Shown: positions 10,262 to 20,021, counted from the first letter of the stretch. The stretch: DNA of 64,000 nt from Candidatus Dojkabacteria bacterium (GCA_040006935.1 JBDTVZ010000003.1:139988-203987), one strand, 5' to 3'. Notes: a model not told the origin generated them from the letters alone. Program-made: numbers and translations.

Positions 10262-10801
10262 TTAGTCATTGGTATCCTCCACCTTAGCATTTAGTTCTAG
10301 TGCTTGCCTAATAGATTTTAACCCTCTCTTTTGAGTGGTTTTTACATAATTCATGTCCTTGCCAAGCTTCTGCGCTATTTCTTCTAAACCAAGTTTCTCT
10401 ATAAATCTTAGCCTAATAACCTCTCTCTGCTTGGATGGAATTTGATCTAGAATTTTTAAAAGCTTTTCTTCTGGCGTCTCTTCATTCTCGGCAGTCCTTA
10501 CAACCTCTGCGGCATATTCTTCAAAATTCTCATCTAAGGCGGAAAATGGAATTCCTTCTTGATATTTCTTTCTTAAATATTGCATAAAAATATTTTTACC
10601 CACACCATAAAGGAATGCAGTAATATTATCAACTTGCTTGTGCTCATTAAGCAATTTTACAAAAGTAAGAAACGTTTCACTTGTTAGGTCCTCAGCAATA
10701 TTTTTATTTAAAGTCTTATAGTAGAAGAACTTATAAATACGATCAAAGTGGCTATCGTATATAAGTGATAAATCGTTTTTACTTACTCTTTTGTTTCCCA
10801 T
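10262..10801 (-). CDS. RNA polymerase sigma-70 family (ECF-type) sigma factor.
   Basis: Region 2 (IYDSHFDRIYKFFYYKT...EDLTSETFLTF) and region 4 HTH (REVIRLRFIEKLGLEEIAQKLGKDMNYVKTTQKRGLKSIR) are recognisable. Confidence 0.8.
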   Translation of the reverse strand: MGNKRVSKNDLSLIYDSHFDRIYKFFYYKTLNKNIAEDLTSETFLTFVKLLNEHKQVDNITAFLYGVGKNIFMQYLRKKYQEGIPFSALDENFEEYAAEVVRTAENEETPEEKLLKILDQIPSKQREVIRLRFIEKLGLEEIAQKLGKDMNYVKTTQKRGLKSIRQALELNAKVEDTND

Positions 10802-10820
10802 CTAGTTCTTTTAAGACTTT

Positions 10821-11510
10821 GTGATGACTTACATCAAACAATTTTTTCTGATATATTCAATTCAGATTATACATTGTTTTTCTAAGTATATGGTTTCCAA
10901 AAAGATTCTGCCTTTTGACTTTGCCCTCAACAAAGTAGTTTGGTTGCTTACTTTATCCGACATTTTTACTTGGGGACTTAGTCTGGTCATTAATGGATTT
11001 ATTGGTCTGTATCTCGCACAAAGATTTGGCATTGATGCCATTCAAATGGTGGGGATTGGAACAGCTTTTTTTTACGGAGCAAGAGTAATTACACAAATTC
11101 CAATAGGAATTATTAGTGATAAAATTAAAAAAGATAAAGATGATATAACCTTCCTTTTCTTTGGTAACTTATTAATGGGGGTACCGTATTTATTTTTCCC
11201 ATCGATTTCATCACCACTAATGTTTTACTTTCTTCAATTCATAATAGGATTTGGAGGAGCAATGAATTTAGTAAATTGGAGAAAACTATTTGCTGCAAAT
11301 CTTCAATCGCAAAAAGAAGGTCTATCTTACGCAACATATGATAGTGTTATGAGTTTTGCAATGCTTATATTCAGTATTTTTGCTGGAGTTCTTGCAGGTA
11401 TAGGCAAAGATTATTTTGACCTAGTTATGATATTAGTCGGCCTACTAACAGTTTCGAGTGGTTTATGGGCGATTTTAATATTCTTCGATAATAAAAGAAA
11501 GTCAATGTGA
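10821..11510 (+). CDS. Polytopic membrane protein, about 6 TM, MFS-like half.
   Basis: Repeated hydrophobic segments; no catalytic motif recognised. Confidence 0.4.
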   Translation: MMTYIKQFFLIYSIQIIHCFSKYMVSKKILPFDFALNKVVWLLTLSDIFTWGLSLVINGFIGLYLAQRFGIDAIQMVGIGTAFFYGARVITQIPIGIISDKIKKDKDDITFLFFGNLLMGVPYLFFPSISSPLMFYFLQFIIGFGGAMNLVNWRKLFAANLQSQKEGLSYATYDSVMSFAMLIFSIFAGVLAGIGKDYFDLVMILVGLLTVSSGLWAILIFFDNKRKSM

Positions 11511-11619
11511 GTATTATTAGAGATTATTTTGACGCCAGCATATCTTGCCAAATTCATCAAAATACGTAATACTATTAAGGTAAACTCAATTTGAGTTGTA
11601 TTCTTTAATCTAAAATTTC

Positions 11620-12954
11620 TTGACAAGATTTATTAATAAACAAAAAGCATTAATATCGAACCTTCGCGCAGGTAATCCATCACAAAAAATTAAAGTTATA
11701 GGTGTAACTGGTTCGAGAGGCAAAACTGTAGTAACCGAACTACTCTATCATCTATTTAAAAATGCTGGGATGAAGGTGGGTTTCATTTCCTCTACTGGGT
11801 ATACAGACAACATGGAAGAAGTTCAAAACGATTTAAGCGCAAATTTTGTTGAGGCGGGGGAATTGCATACCCTTCTGGATTCTATGATTAAGAATCAACT
11901 AGAATTTGCAATTGTAGAAATGACAGCTAAAAATTTACTGGATAAAAAATACGAAGGCTTAACCTTAGATTCAGGAATTATTACAAATATAATTGGAGAT
12001 GATAGTTCATATTTCCAAGATTGGTTTGAATATGCCAACACAAAGCTTGAATTCATAAGCAAAATTAGAGATAAAGGATTACTTATTCTAAATGACGACG
12101 AACCTCAAGTTGTAAATTGGCTACTATCCCAAGGCGATAATTTAGACAGAGATGTTTACGTTTACCCAATTTCAAGCAACGAAACTAAAGTTGAAGAACA
12201 GAATTTAGCACGAGGTTCTACGTTTGTTTGGGACGATAGAAAAATAATTACACCAAGTAGTCATAAAAATGCAATATTAAATAATATTCAAGCAATAAAA
12301 TTAGCTGAATCCTATAAACCGGATCCTAAAATGGCTTCATATACAGAAAATTTCAGTATACCTAAAGGAAGAATGGAAGTTATCGAAAGTAATCCATTTA
12401 CCGTGATAATTGATTATGCATATACTCCATCGATGCTTGAAGATTCCCTGGAACATATCTCGGAACTTAAAGATCCAAACGCAAAAATAATAACCGTATT
12501 TGGTTGTGCAGGAGAAAGAGAACACACAAGACGTCAAATGGGAGCAATCTCTGCTAAGTATAGTGACATTACAATACTAACTGCGGAGGATCCAAAATCA
12601 GAAAAAGTTTTTGATATTAATTCAGAGATTGTTGAGGTTGCACAAAATTATGGAGGAGTGCTTGTGGAGAGAATAAGTTCTACTGATGAATATAAAATGG
12701 TAAATAAAGATAATTTAAAGCAAAGAATCGAAAGAGTTACTACAAATCAAGATCATCCAATTGTTGCGTTTGATGCAGATGATTTTACTTCAAGACTAGA
12801 TGCAATCAATTTTGCCATTAAACACGCACAGCCAGGAGATGTAGTTTATATTACTGGGAAAGGCCACGAATCCACTTTGGCTTTTGATGGAATAGAATAT
12901 GAATGGAGTGATCATGAGGCGGTGAAGGTAGCATTAAATCAGCTAACAATTTAA
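11620..12954 (+). CDS. Mur ligase family protein with central ATPase and C-terminal domains. The canonical N-terminal substrate domain is absent or very short.
   Basis: P-loop VIGVTGSRGKT at residue ~27, GIITNIIGDD in the middle domain, and DYAYTPSMLEDSLEHI in the C-terminal domain. The ORF as tracked starts with TTG. Confidence 0.7.
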   Translation: MTRFINKQKALISNLRAGNPSQKIKVIGVTGSRGKTVVTELLYHLFKNAGMKVGFISSTGYTDNMEEVQNDLSANFVEAGELHTLLDSMIKNQLEFAIVEMTAKNLLDKKYEGLTLDSGIITNIIGDDSSYFQDWFEYANTKLEFISKIRDKGLLILNDDEPQVVNWLLSQGDNLDRDVYVYPISSNETKVEEQNLARGSTFVWDDRKIITPSSHKNAILNNIQAIKLAESYKPDPKMASYTENFSIPKGRMEVIESNPFTVIIDYAYTPSMLEDSLEHISELKDPNAKIITVFGCAGEREHTRRQMGAISAKYSDITILTAEDPKSEKVFDINSEIVEVAQNYGGVLVERISSTDEYKMVNKDNLKQRIERVTTNQDHPIVAFDADDFTSRLDAINFAIKHAQPGDVVYITGKGHESTLAFDGIEYEWSDHEAVKVALNQLTI

Positions 12955-13315
12955 AAGATCCCAATTGTTATTCAAATTTGTAGGGAACGTCAACCGTGCC
13001 TGCCTTGCATGTCGGCAGACACGGTCGGCATCCCTCGAGATTCGGAAAGTAAAATTTGCTAACGAGTTTTAAAATATGGACAGCCCAAACCCCCTGGTTT
13101 GCTTTTGGGGCTGTATGACCTCACCCTAACCCTCTCCTTGAAAGGAGAGGGAACATCACTTGGGATTCCAGCCTGCATGAAACCACGTAATAGTTCTGCA
13201 GGCCATTATTTTAGATTTGCTGTATCAATGAGATTGCTTCCCTTCGACTGCGCTCCGTGCCTGAGGCAGGTAAGCAGGCCGCAATGACATTTGGTATAGT
13301 AAGATTTCGATTCCT
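12955..13315. other. GC-rich, hairpin-dense non-coding island B at a convergent gene junction; possibly a structured ncRNA.
   Basis: A nested stem ccgtgcctgcc-N9-ggcagacacgg, hairpins cctctcc-ttgaaa-ggagagg and cagcccaaa...ttggggctg, and a repeated ccgtgcctg motif. There is no convincing ORF; the 62-aa ORF in the track is probably spurious. Confidence 0.3.
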
Positions 13316-15523
13316 TTAATAAAATTTCAACATATCTAATGCTTTCGTTTCGACATTATTCTCTTCAATATATTTCTGTTCGTTAGAGATTAGTCTTCCC
13401 TTCAATTCTTCATCACTTAATATTTCATCAACTCCAGATGCAACTGATTCTGAGGAATTATTTTCTATTCTAAAGCATTCGTCTTTAAATTCTGAAAACT
13501 GTTTTATATTTGTAATTATTACGGGATTTAATGCAGCTAATCCTTTCCTGACTGCTGCGCTTGCGGACTCTCCAACATCTGAATAATTAAACACACTTAA
13601 ATCAGAGCTCTGGAGTAATATTTCAATTATTTCATCGGGTAAAAAATCTGTGAAGAATCTTACATTTTCGCCAAGTTGTTCTTCCTGGATTGTCTCCAAA
13701 CATTTTTTATACAATCCACTGGAATGTATATTATTCGCACTTACTGCGTTTAAGCAAAGTAATAAAATATCAGGATATGTTTTCTTTAAGGTTTCCACAG
13801 CCCAAATCACTTCGGGAATTCCTTTGTTTGTATTTAGCAAACCATGAGTTGCGATTATAGGAAAATAATTATTTAATTCTAATTTATTTTTTAAAATATT
13901 TTTATTTCTCTTTTTGAATATAATATTAAAATGTTTGAATAAAACAATATTATTTAAGCCCTGGCTTGCGTACTCATAATCCTCGGTATTATGAATCAAT
14001 ACTTTATCTGCAAGTTTAAGGCCACCAACTTCTTTAATAAAATCAAAGTTTGTATTTCTCACTGCATGTAATGTTACTATTACTTCAATTTTTTCACTTT
14101 TCAAACTTTCAATCAACTTTGTCAAGGACTGAGGCGAAAAGTAATTTCCTGAATGATATTGAATATGAACAATATTAATATTTTTTTCTTTTGTAAATTT
14201 TAAAAATTCTGCAAAATTTTCTTCTCCAGTTTTCCAAAGTCTTAATACATTAGAATCATCTTTATCCGATCTATCAGCAATATCTTTATTCGCTACAAAA
14301 TAAAAAGATTTGAACGAAGACTGAATGGACTTATAAAGATCTTCTGAATAATCTGCGATTCCGCTCTCATCGTTGATTGGTGTAATTATTGCAATATTTT
14401 TCTCTTTCAAATCCGCTATCTTTTCAATTTCATTTACAAATTCTATAGTTTTCACAGCGGAGTTATTCCAAGTATATTTATCTGCAGTTTCACTAGCTAA
14501 TTTAATTTTATGCTCAAATTTTTCTGGATGGTCGTAAATTTCTCTCATTTTATTTCCTAAATCATTCACATCAGGCTCAGCCCATTTTGCACCAAGATTT
14601 ACAAGCTCAGAATCTTTTGCAAATTCAAGTTTGTAATCAACCAATATCGAATTGGTTTCATTACAAAAATCTAAGTAAGCACTGTAATTCGTAGCAATTA
14701 CAGGAGTCCCCAAATACATTGCTTCAAGTATCGGCAGTCCGAATCCCTCTGCTCTGCTTGGATAAACTTCACAGTCGGCTGTTGAATGTAAATTAGCAAG
14801 ATCTTGTTCTGTTAAATCTGGATTATTAATATGAATAACTTCTGGAGAATTTTCTTTCTTTAATTGAGTCAATAATTTATCAACTTCATTATCTGGTCCA
14901 GGGAAACTTTTTATTATTAAAGTTACATCGTCTTCATTAGTAAATTTATCAAAATATGCTTTTAAAAGAACGTCAATACCTTTTCTTTTCTTCGCAGTAC
15001 TTATGTGTAGGAATTTAAACTTCTTATTAGTTTTTAATTCATAAGGAGAAGTCTTTATATTCAGTAAAGAATCATCTAAGGCATTTGGAATAACTTTAAT
15101 TGGAACACTTATGCCAGAATTAATCAAAATATCTTTAGTGAAATTACTAGCAACCATTACACCGTGAATATTTTCGTTTATCTCTTTAACCCAAATTTCA
15201 GGATACACCGATTCTTCCCACGCAATATAAATAAATTTAATCTTTCCAGGAAGATCTTTAAGTCCATGTAAATTAGAAATACCTTTAGGAAAATTATTAT
15301 AAATCACAACATCAGTTTCGTTTCTATTAAATTGAACAAGATCTTTTAATTCTGATCTTGAATTTAATTCTTCAATAGTTGGAACAAAATCAATTTTATT
15401 TTTCTCTCCGTAAAAATTTACCTTGTAAGAATTTAATTTGGAAAGAGCAATTCCTAAGCCTCGATTAACTCGAGCAAGACTATAGTTTGTAAAATATGGA
15501 CCGACAATTTGAAGAGTTTTCAT
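13316..15523 (-). CDS. Tandem two-module GT4-family glycosyltransferase.
   Basis: The first module carries the EGFGLPILEAMYLGTPVIAT motif (E-x7-E GT4 signature). The second module has a degenerate version of the same motif. Confidence 0.75.
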   Translation of the reverse strand: MKTLQIVGPYFTNYSLARVNRGLGIALSKLNSYKVNFYGEKNKIDFVPTIEELNSRSELKDLVQFNRNETDVVIYNNFPKGISNLHGLKDLPGKIKFIYIAWEESVYPEIWVKEINENIHGVMVASNFTKDILINSGISVPIKVIPNALDDSLLNIKTSPYELKTNKKFKFLHISTAKKRKGIDVLLKAYFDKFTNEDDVTLIIKSFPGPDNEVDKLLTQLKKENSPEVIHINNPDLTEQDLANLHSTADCEVYPSRAEGFGLPILEAMYLGTPVIATNYSAYLDFCNETNSILVDYKLEFAKDSELVNLGAKWAEPDVNDLGNKMREIYDHPEKFEHKIKLASETADKYTWNNSAVKTIEFVNEIEKIADLKEKNIAIITPINDESGIADYSEDLYKSIQSSFKSFYFVANKDIADRSDKDDSNVLRLWKTGEENFAEFLKFTKEKNINIVHIQYHSGNYFSPQSLTKLIESLKSEKIEVIVTLHAVRNTNFDFIKEVGGLKLADKVLIHNTEDYEYASQGLNNIVLFKHFNIIFKKRNKNILKNKLELNNYFPIIATHGLLNTNKGIPEVIWAVETLKKTYPDILLLCLNAVSANNIHSSGLYKKCLETIQEEQLGENVRFFTDFLPDEIIEILLQSSDLSVFNYSDVGESASAAVRKGLAALNPVIITNIKQFSEFKDECFRIENNSSESVASGVDEILSDEELKGRLISNEQKYIEENNVETKALDMLKFY

Positions 15524-15540
15524 TTATTCTTCTTAAAATA

Positions 15541-16137
15541 TTACATCTTAACAAACTCGTCTGGATTACCAAGTAGAAGAACAATGTCCTGCATCATTAA
15601 ATCCAAAAGTAATTGATCTCTTCGTCTCTTTCTTAATTGAAACTCAGAAGGTTTTAAAACCATGTAATGAATTTCTTTGTTGAATTCATATTGAGCTTTT
15701 GTAACAATATCTTCCAGAACTTTTAAATCAACATTTCCAACAATAACCATATCAATAATCTGAACTCCCATGAAGATTCCTTTTGTGAAAGAAGGAGTTA
15801 GAAATGCATATTCAATTTCACCAAGCCTCTTCTCGTTATTTATAATTTCCCCTCCTAGTCCATATGATTTATGGAAAATTCCAATGAGTTCACTAATAAA
15901 AGGATGGTTGCCATTTAGTTCAAAATATTTTCTATTTCCTTTTGCTTCGGATTTAACAATCTTTGTTTCCTCTAATCTACTCAATTCCCTTCTCACAGCG
16001 TTAATTTCTTCTTTTAATTCTCTTACTGCACCTCGTAAATGAATAGGTTTGTCCGGATTCATCAAGAAATACCTTAGAGATTTAATCCTGACTTTTGATA
16101 TAAATATATGCTCTAAAGATTTTATAGTTAAGCTCAT
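15541..16137 (-). CDS. Hypothetical protein with an N-terminal winged-helix-like DNA-binding region.
   Basis: LRGAVRELKEEINAVRRELSRLEETKIV resembles an ArsR/wHTH recognition region. The function is unknown. Confidence 0.4.
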   Translation of the reverse strand: MSLTIKSLEHIFISKVRIKSLRYFLMNPDKPIHLRGAVRELKEEINAVRRELSRLEETKIVKSEAKGNRKYFELNGNHPFISELIGIFHKSYGLGGEIINNEKRLGEIEYAFLTPSFTKGIFMGVQIIDMVIVGNVDLKVLEDIVTKAQYEFNKEIHYMVLKPSEFQLRKRRRDQLLLDLMMQDIVLLLGNPDEFVKM

Positions 16138-16232
16138 TTAAATAGATCTAAAAGTTTAAATATTAGATAGTATAATAAATTTGCTCTGTATAGTCTATAC
16201 GTTTTGTAAAAGAAGGAGATTTTAGATGATAA

Positions 16233-16276
16233 AGTAAAAATAAAAATTGCTCGCAAGCCAAAAAACCTACGAGCAA
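16233..16276 (-). terminator. Rho-independent terminator downstream of fic.
   Basis: A 7-bp stem ttgctcg...cgagcaa (16247-16276) followed by a U-run on the minus strand (complement of aaaaataaaaa at 16236-16246). Confidence 0.5.
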
Positions 16277-16300
16277 TCGAATACATTGCTACTACATTTA

Positions 16301-17395
16301 TTAAATACTATCGTTATTCATGATTTGAATTAAATCTCTATTAAAATAAAGATTATAAATCCCACTTTTACCAGCTTCTATTAAACCAGTCTCAGCAAGT
16401 AACTTTAGGTTTCTACTTGCAGTATCAGCACCAACATTCATAGTAGTACTAAGCAACTTCGGCGAAATTACAGGAAAAGTAAATAATTTATCTACAATCA
16501 TATCCAGATTATGTATCAGTTTTGTAGATTCACTACTTCTTAATTTTTCTAAGAACTTATCGTAAGTATCATTAACTTTTGTTACTAATTCTAATGTTGC
16601 CTTAGACTGACTGTAAAATGCATCAAGCATGAAAGAAATATATGCTTCCCAATTGCCAAGAGAAGTAACTTCATTAAGAACAGTGTAGTATTCAGGTCTG
16701 TGTTTATTTATATAGTTACTAACATATAAAATAGGTATCCCAATTACATTATCCTCAACCAATTGTAAAAGCATCAAAATTCTTCCAGTTCTACCGTTTC
16801 CATCTCCAAAAGGGTGAATTGCTTCGAACTGATAATGACATATAGCACACTTTATTAATGGGTCTAAGTCATTAGTACTTTTATCATTGACGTAATTTTC
16901 CCAGTTACTCATATAATCTGGAATAGAGCTAGATATAGGAGGGGTATAAACAATAGAACTAGTACTTTTGTTCATTATTTGATTTTGTAAATTTCTGTAA
17001 CTACCATCTCCTGAAAGTAATATTTTTTGTATACCTGTTATTAGTCTTGTACTTAAACCCAATTCAGAGAGATTTTTAAATCCCCACATTGCTGCATCTC
17101 TATATTTTATAACCTGGCTTTCATTAGAACCTCTTTGTGATTCGGGAAAAACTTCATTTTGTAAAACATCAATAATTTGTGTCTCAATATTTTCGATTTT
17201 CGAACTATCAACGGCTTCTTTAATTAATGTAGGGTAAGTTAAAAGCAATGGCTCAGGAATTGAACGACATGCACCCTTTAATTCCCCAAGGAGGGCTCTA
17301 GTATTACCAATTTTCTCAAAGAATTTACTTTTATCAAAAGTAGCATTTGTTGGTAATTTAGCCAGTAGATGGGGCTTATTTGGATCAAAAGTCAT
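16301..17395 (-). CDS. fic: Fic/DOC family protein (AMPylase-type) with a C-terminal winged-helix domain.
   Basis: Canonical Fic motif HPFGDGNGRTGRILM. The start is assigned to the internal Met (MTFDPNKPHLL...). The tracked ORF extends to 17530 across a repeat-rich, non-protein-like region. Confidence 0.8.
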   Translation of the reverse strand: MTFDPNKPHLLAKLPTNATFDKSKFFEKIGNTRALLGELKGACRSIPEPLLLTYPTLIKEAVDSSKIENIETQIIDVLQNEVFPESQRGSNESQVIKYRDAAMWGFKNLSELGLSTRLITGIQKILLSGDGSYRNLQNQIMNKSTSSIVYTPPISSSIPDYMSNWENYVNDKSTNDLDPLIKCAICHYQFEAIHPFGDGNGRTGRILMLLQLVEDNVIGIPILYVSNYINKHRPEYYTVLNEVTSLGNWEAYISFMLDAFYSQSKATLELVTKVNDTYDKFLEKLRSSESTKLIHNLDMIVDKLFTFPVISPKLLSTTMNVGADTASRNLKLLAETGLIEAGKSGIYNLYFNRDLIQIMNNDSI

Positions 17396-17419
17396 AAGAT
17401 TTAAATAATATTTATATTT

Positions 17420-17540
17420 AATTATACCCAACACATTGGATTTTGTCAAAATATCCAATGTGTTGGCTCTGATACATTGGATGATACCATGTGTTATTAA
17501 AAATACATTGTATTCTTTATAAGTATCCAATGTGTTCCAG
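17420..17540. promoter_or_regulatory. Cluster of four or more copies of an ACATTGGAT / ATCCAATGT palindromic motif in the fic upstream region; candidate operator array.
   Basis: cccaacacattggat (17428-17442) and its exact inverted copy atccaatgtgttgg (17453-17466), plus atacattggatgatacc (17472-17488) and gtatccaatgtgttcc (17524-17539). Confidence 0.4.
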
Positions 17541-17541
17541 T

Positions 17542-17569
17542 AAAAAAGAGCCCATTTGGGCTCTTTTTT
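17542..17569. terminator. Bidirectional rho-independent terminator downstream of recA.
   Basis: aaaaaa-gagccca-tt-tgggctc-tttttt: a perfect 7-bp GC-rich stem flanked by an A-run and a T-run. Confidence 0.6.
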
Positions 17570-17584
17570 AGATTTTACTTTCTT

Positions 17585-18619
17585 TTAAACCATTCCCGCA
17601 GCTTTCTTTACCTCTGTCCAAACTTCTTTTAATAATTTTTGATCTTTTTTCAAAAGTTCTTTCACCCCTTCTCTTCCTTGTCCTAGGTTTTCACCGTTTC
17701 TTTTAAACCAAGCTCCTGCTTTTTCAATAACATTGTATTTCAAAGCAGCGTCTAATAAACTAGAAACTTTATCAATACCCTCTCCGTGAATAATTTCAAA
17801 TTCTGCTTCTCTAAATGGAGGAGCAACTTTGTTCTTAACAATTTTGACTCTTACTACATGTCCAATAATATTCTCATCTTTAGTAATTTTCTCTTTAGAT
17901 CTAATATCCATTCGGATAGATGCATAGAATTTAAGCGCATTTCCTCCAGTTGTAGTTTCTGGATTTCCAAACATAACTCCAATCTTCATTCTCAATTGGT
18001 TGATAAAAATAATTGTGGTGTTTGTTTTGCTTGCTATACCTGTAATTTTTCTTAATGCTTGACTCATAAGTCTAGCTTGTAATCCCATATGTGAATCTCC
18101 CATTTCACCATCAATTTCTGCTTTAGGTGTTAATGCAGCAACAGAGTCGACAACAATAATATCCACAGCACCTGATCGTAAAAGTGTTTCTAAAATCTCT
18201 AATGCTTGCTCACCATAGTCTGGTTGAGAAACTAACAAATCGTCAGTTTTAATTCCTAATTTTTTTGCATAACCTGAATCAAATGCATGCTCAGCATCAA
18301 TAAATGCAGCAATCCCACCAGCTTTTTGTGCTTCAGCTAAAATACTTAAAGCTAAAGTAGTTTTACCAGAAGACTCTGGACCATAGATTTCAATAATTCT
18401 TCCCTTTGGAACTCCACCAGTTCCTAGTGCAATATCGAGCGACAATGCTCCTGTTGGAATAGAATCTATTTTCTTGATCTTATCTTCAGCTAAAGTCATA
18501 ATTGCACCTTCGCCGTACTGCTTGGTTATTTGAGCCATAGCCATTTTTAAGGCCTCTGCTTTGGCAGTGTTAGTAGTCTGAATTACTGGTTTCTCTTTTT
18601 CATCGGAATGTTTTGCCAT
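17585..18619 (-). CDS. recA: Recombinase RecA.
   Basis: [19 protein letters not shown] Walker A and full-length RecA-like sequence ([14 protein letters not shown]2 region). Confidence 0.95.
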   Translation of the reverse strand: MAKHSDEKEKPVIQTTNTAKAEALKMAMAQITKQYGEGAIMTLAEDKIKKIDSIPTGALSLDIALGTGGVPKGRIIEIYGPESSGKTTLALSILAEAQKAGGIAAFIDAEHAFDSGYAKKLGIKTDDLLVSQPDYGEQALEILETLLRSGAVDIIVVDSVAALTPKAEIDGEMGDSHMGLQARLMSQALRKITGIASKTNTTIIFINQLRMKIGVMFGNPETTTGGNALKFYASIRMDIRSKEKITKDENIIGHVVRVKIVKNKVAPPFREAEFEIIHGEGIDKVSSLLDAALKYNVIEKAGAWFKRNGENLGQGREGVKELLKKDQKLLKEVWTEVKKAAGMV

Positions 18620-18782
18620 AAGTTAGCTAAGTTAATATGTATTTGATTTATAAAAGTTTTGTATTACTATTTTAATCGATTTTAGGGTAGTAAGACAAGT
18701 TTTATATTCAACTGTAAATCAAATCTTAATCTACAAGTATTCGATTTTAGAATATATGAACTTGGAATGTCAAGAAGAAATG

Positions 18783-20021
18783 TTATTTTAAGAGTAGCTG
18801 TTCGAAGAAATATAATAATTTTCGAAAAGAATTATTCTCCATTCTCATAGTATATATAGGATTATAGTATTTTCTTAATAGTGATTTTAAGAAGGGAATC
18901 TTAATTAAATTTTTCTCCCATGTATCTTTAAATTCAAAATAACCTAATTTTAAATGGTAGTTAAAAGAAGGTTTTGAAAGTTTATTTAGATATAAGTTAT
19001 GCCAAATATTATGCGTAAAGTATTCTGAGCCTTTTATACATGAGAAGAATTTAAATCTTTTATCTTCTGTATAAATATTATTGAAATCTTGTTGATTAAA
19101 CTCACTATCATGACCAATACCTTTCTTGTAACTTAGAACAAATACTGGTTTTTGAATAGCATTAAATTCTATGAATTTATCCACGTATTCGTTATTTTGA
19201 CCTCTTTCGTTTGGGAGGGAATGGTTTTCGAATAAGATGTAATCTTGGTTCTTTTCTAAAAATTTAATATCTGTTCCAAACATTTCTTTTGAATTAAATT
19301 TAGGATCAAAACTATTTGTCCCAAACTCCATTTTACCTTTATGGACAATTTCTGAAATTTCTGAAATAAATTGATTTGTACTTTTAACCCTAAATTTAAG
19401 ATATTCAGAAGTGTTTAAATCTTCTATCACATCAGGAATCTCTTTAGAATAGTCATTATAGAATTTATTGATACAAACACTACATTTGCATCCAGCAAAT
19501 GTAAATAATTGATTCGAGCTGTAAGAAGGAATGGGAATTTGCCCCATTTGAATATTATCTATAAATATTCCATCAAATCCAAGGTTATAGGTTTTCTGAA
19601 TTTTTTGAATTAAATAATTTTTAAATTCAGGATTATTCAAACAAACAACCTTTCTCCCTCTATAATAAGAAACTAATCGTCCTTTCTCATCTTTGCAAAA
19701 CCAATCTTTATCCTTATAGTCTTCGTAAACTAAATTTGTACCTTGAATGTAAGCATGCAATTTAATCCCTAGTTTCTTAAAATTATCTAATTTAGATAGC
19801 AGAAAATCGTATTGCTCTTGCTCACTTTTTTCCGAAAATCCCCATGAATATGAAGCCCAAAAATCGGTAATATTGAAAATCTCTTTAACCTTAGCCAAAT
19901 ATTCATAGTCATAACTTTTCATCAAACTACCAATATCAATTTTAGGATTGAAGAATTTTAAATTAGTCATTCGAATTGTATCTGGTCCAGCCCAGCAATA
20001 GTAGCCTACACGATCATTCAT
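18783..20021 (-). CDS. Hypothetical TIM-barrel glycoside-hydrolase-like protein (GH114-like GFDGIFID motif).
   Basis: GFDGIFIDN resembles the G(F/Y)DG(V/I)(F/Y)LD motif of GH114/GHL families. No signal peptide. Confidence 0.4.
   Translation of the reverse strand: MNDRVGYYCWAGPDTIRMTNLKFFNPKIDIGSLMKSYDYEYLAKVKEIFNITDFWASYSWGFSEKSEQEQYDFLLSKLDNFKKLGIKLHAYIQGTNLVYEDYKDKDWFCKDEKGRLVSYYRGRKVVCLNNPEFKNYLIQKIQKTYNLGFDGIFIDNIQMGQIPIPSYSSNQLFTFAGCKCSVCINKFYNDYSKEIPDVIEDLNTSEYLKFRVKSTNQFISEISEIVHKGKMEFGTNSFDPKFNSKEMFGTDIKFLEKNQDYILFENHSLPNERGQNNEYVDKFIEFNAIQKPVFVLSYKKGIGHDSEFNQQDFNNIYTEDKRFKFFSCIKGSEYFTHNIWHNLYLNKLSKPSFNYHLKLGYFEFKDTWEKNLIKIPFLKSLLRKYYNPIYTMRMENNSFRKLLYFFEQLLLK

Noticed and set aside
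13099-13287. 62-aa and 63-aa ORFs inside GC-rich islands B and C (also 24527-24718).
   Set aside because: Their composition and hairpin density indicate non-coding structured DNA or RNA. The ORFs are by-products of GC richness.
1397-13305. A shared 10-mer tgtcattgcg / cgcaatgaca at the edge of islands A and B in inverted orientation, as possible terminal inverted repeats of an 11.9-kb mobile region.
   Set aside because: Only 10 nt match and the flanking sequence diverges immediately. The intervening genes (sigma factor, Mur ligase, peptidase) show no mobility functions. A chance match is plausible.
12955-13315. Island B as RNase P RNA, tmRNA or SRP RNA.
   Set aside because: The universal P4 GGAAAGUCCGG motif is absent on both strands. 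There is no tmRNA tRNA-like 3' end or tag ORF. There is only a weak resemblance to SRP helix 8. It cannot be assigned without a covariance-model search.
16301-17530. The full-length tracked fic ORF (409 aa).
   Set aside because: Its N-terminal 45 aa are translated from the palindromic repeat array and look non-protein-like. The start was reassigned to the internal Met at 17395.
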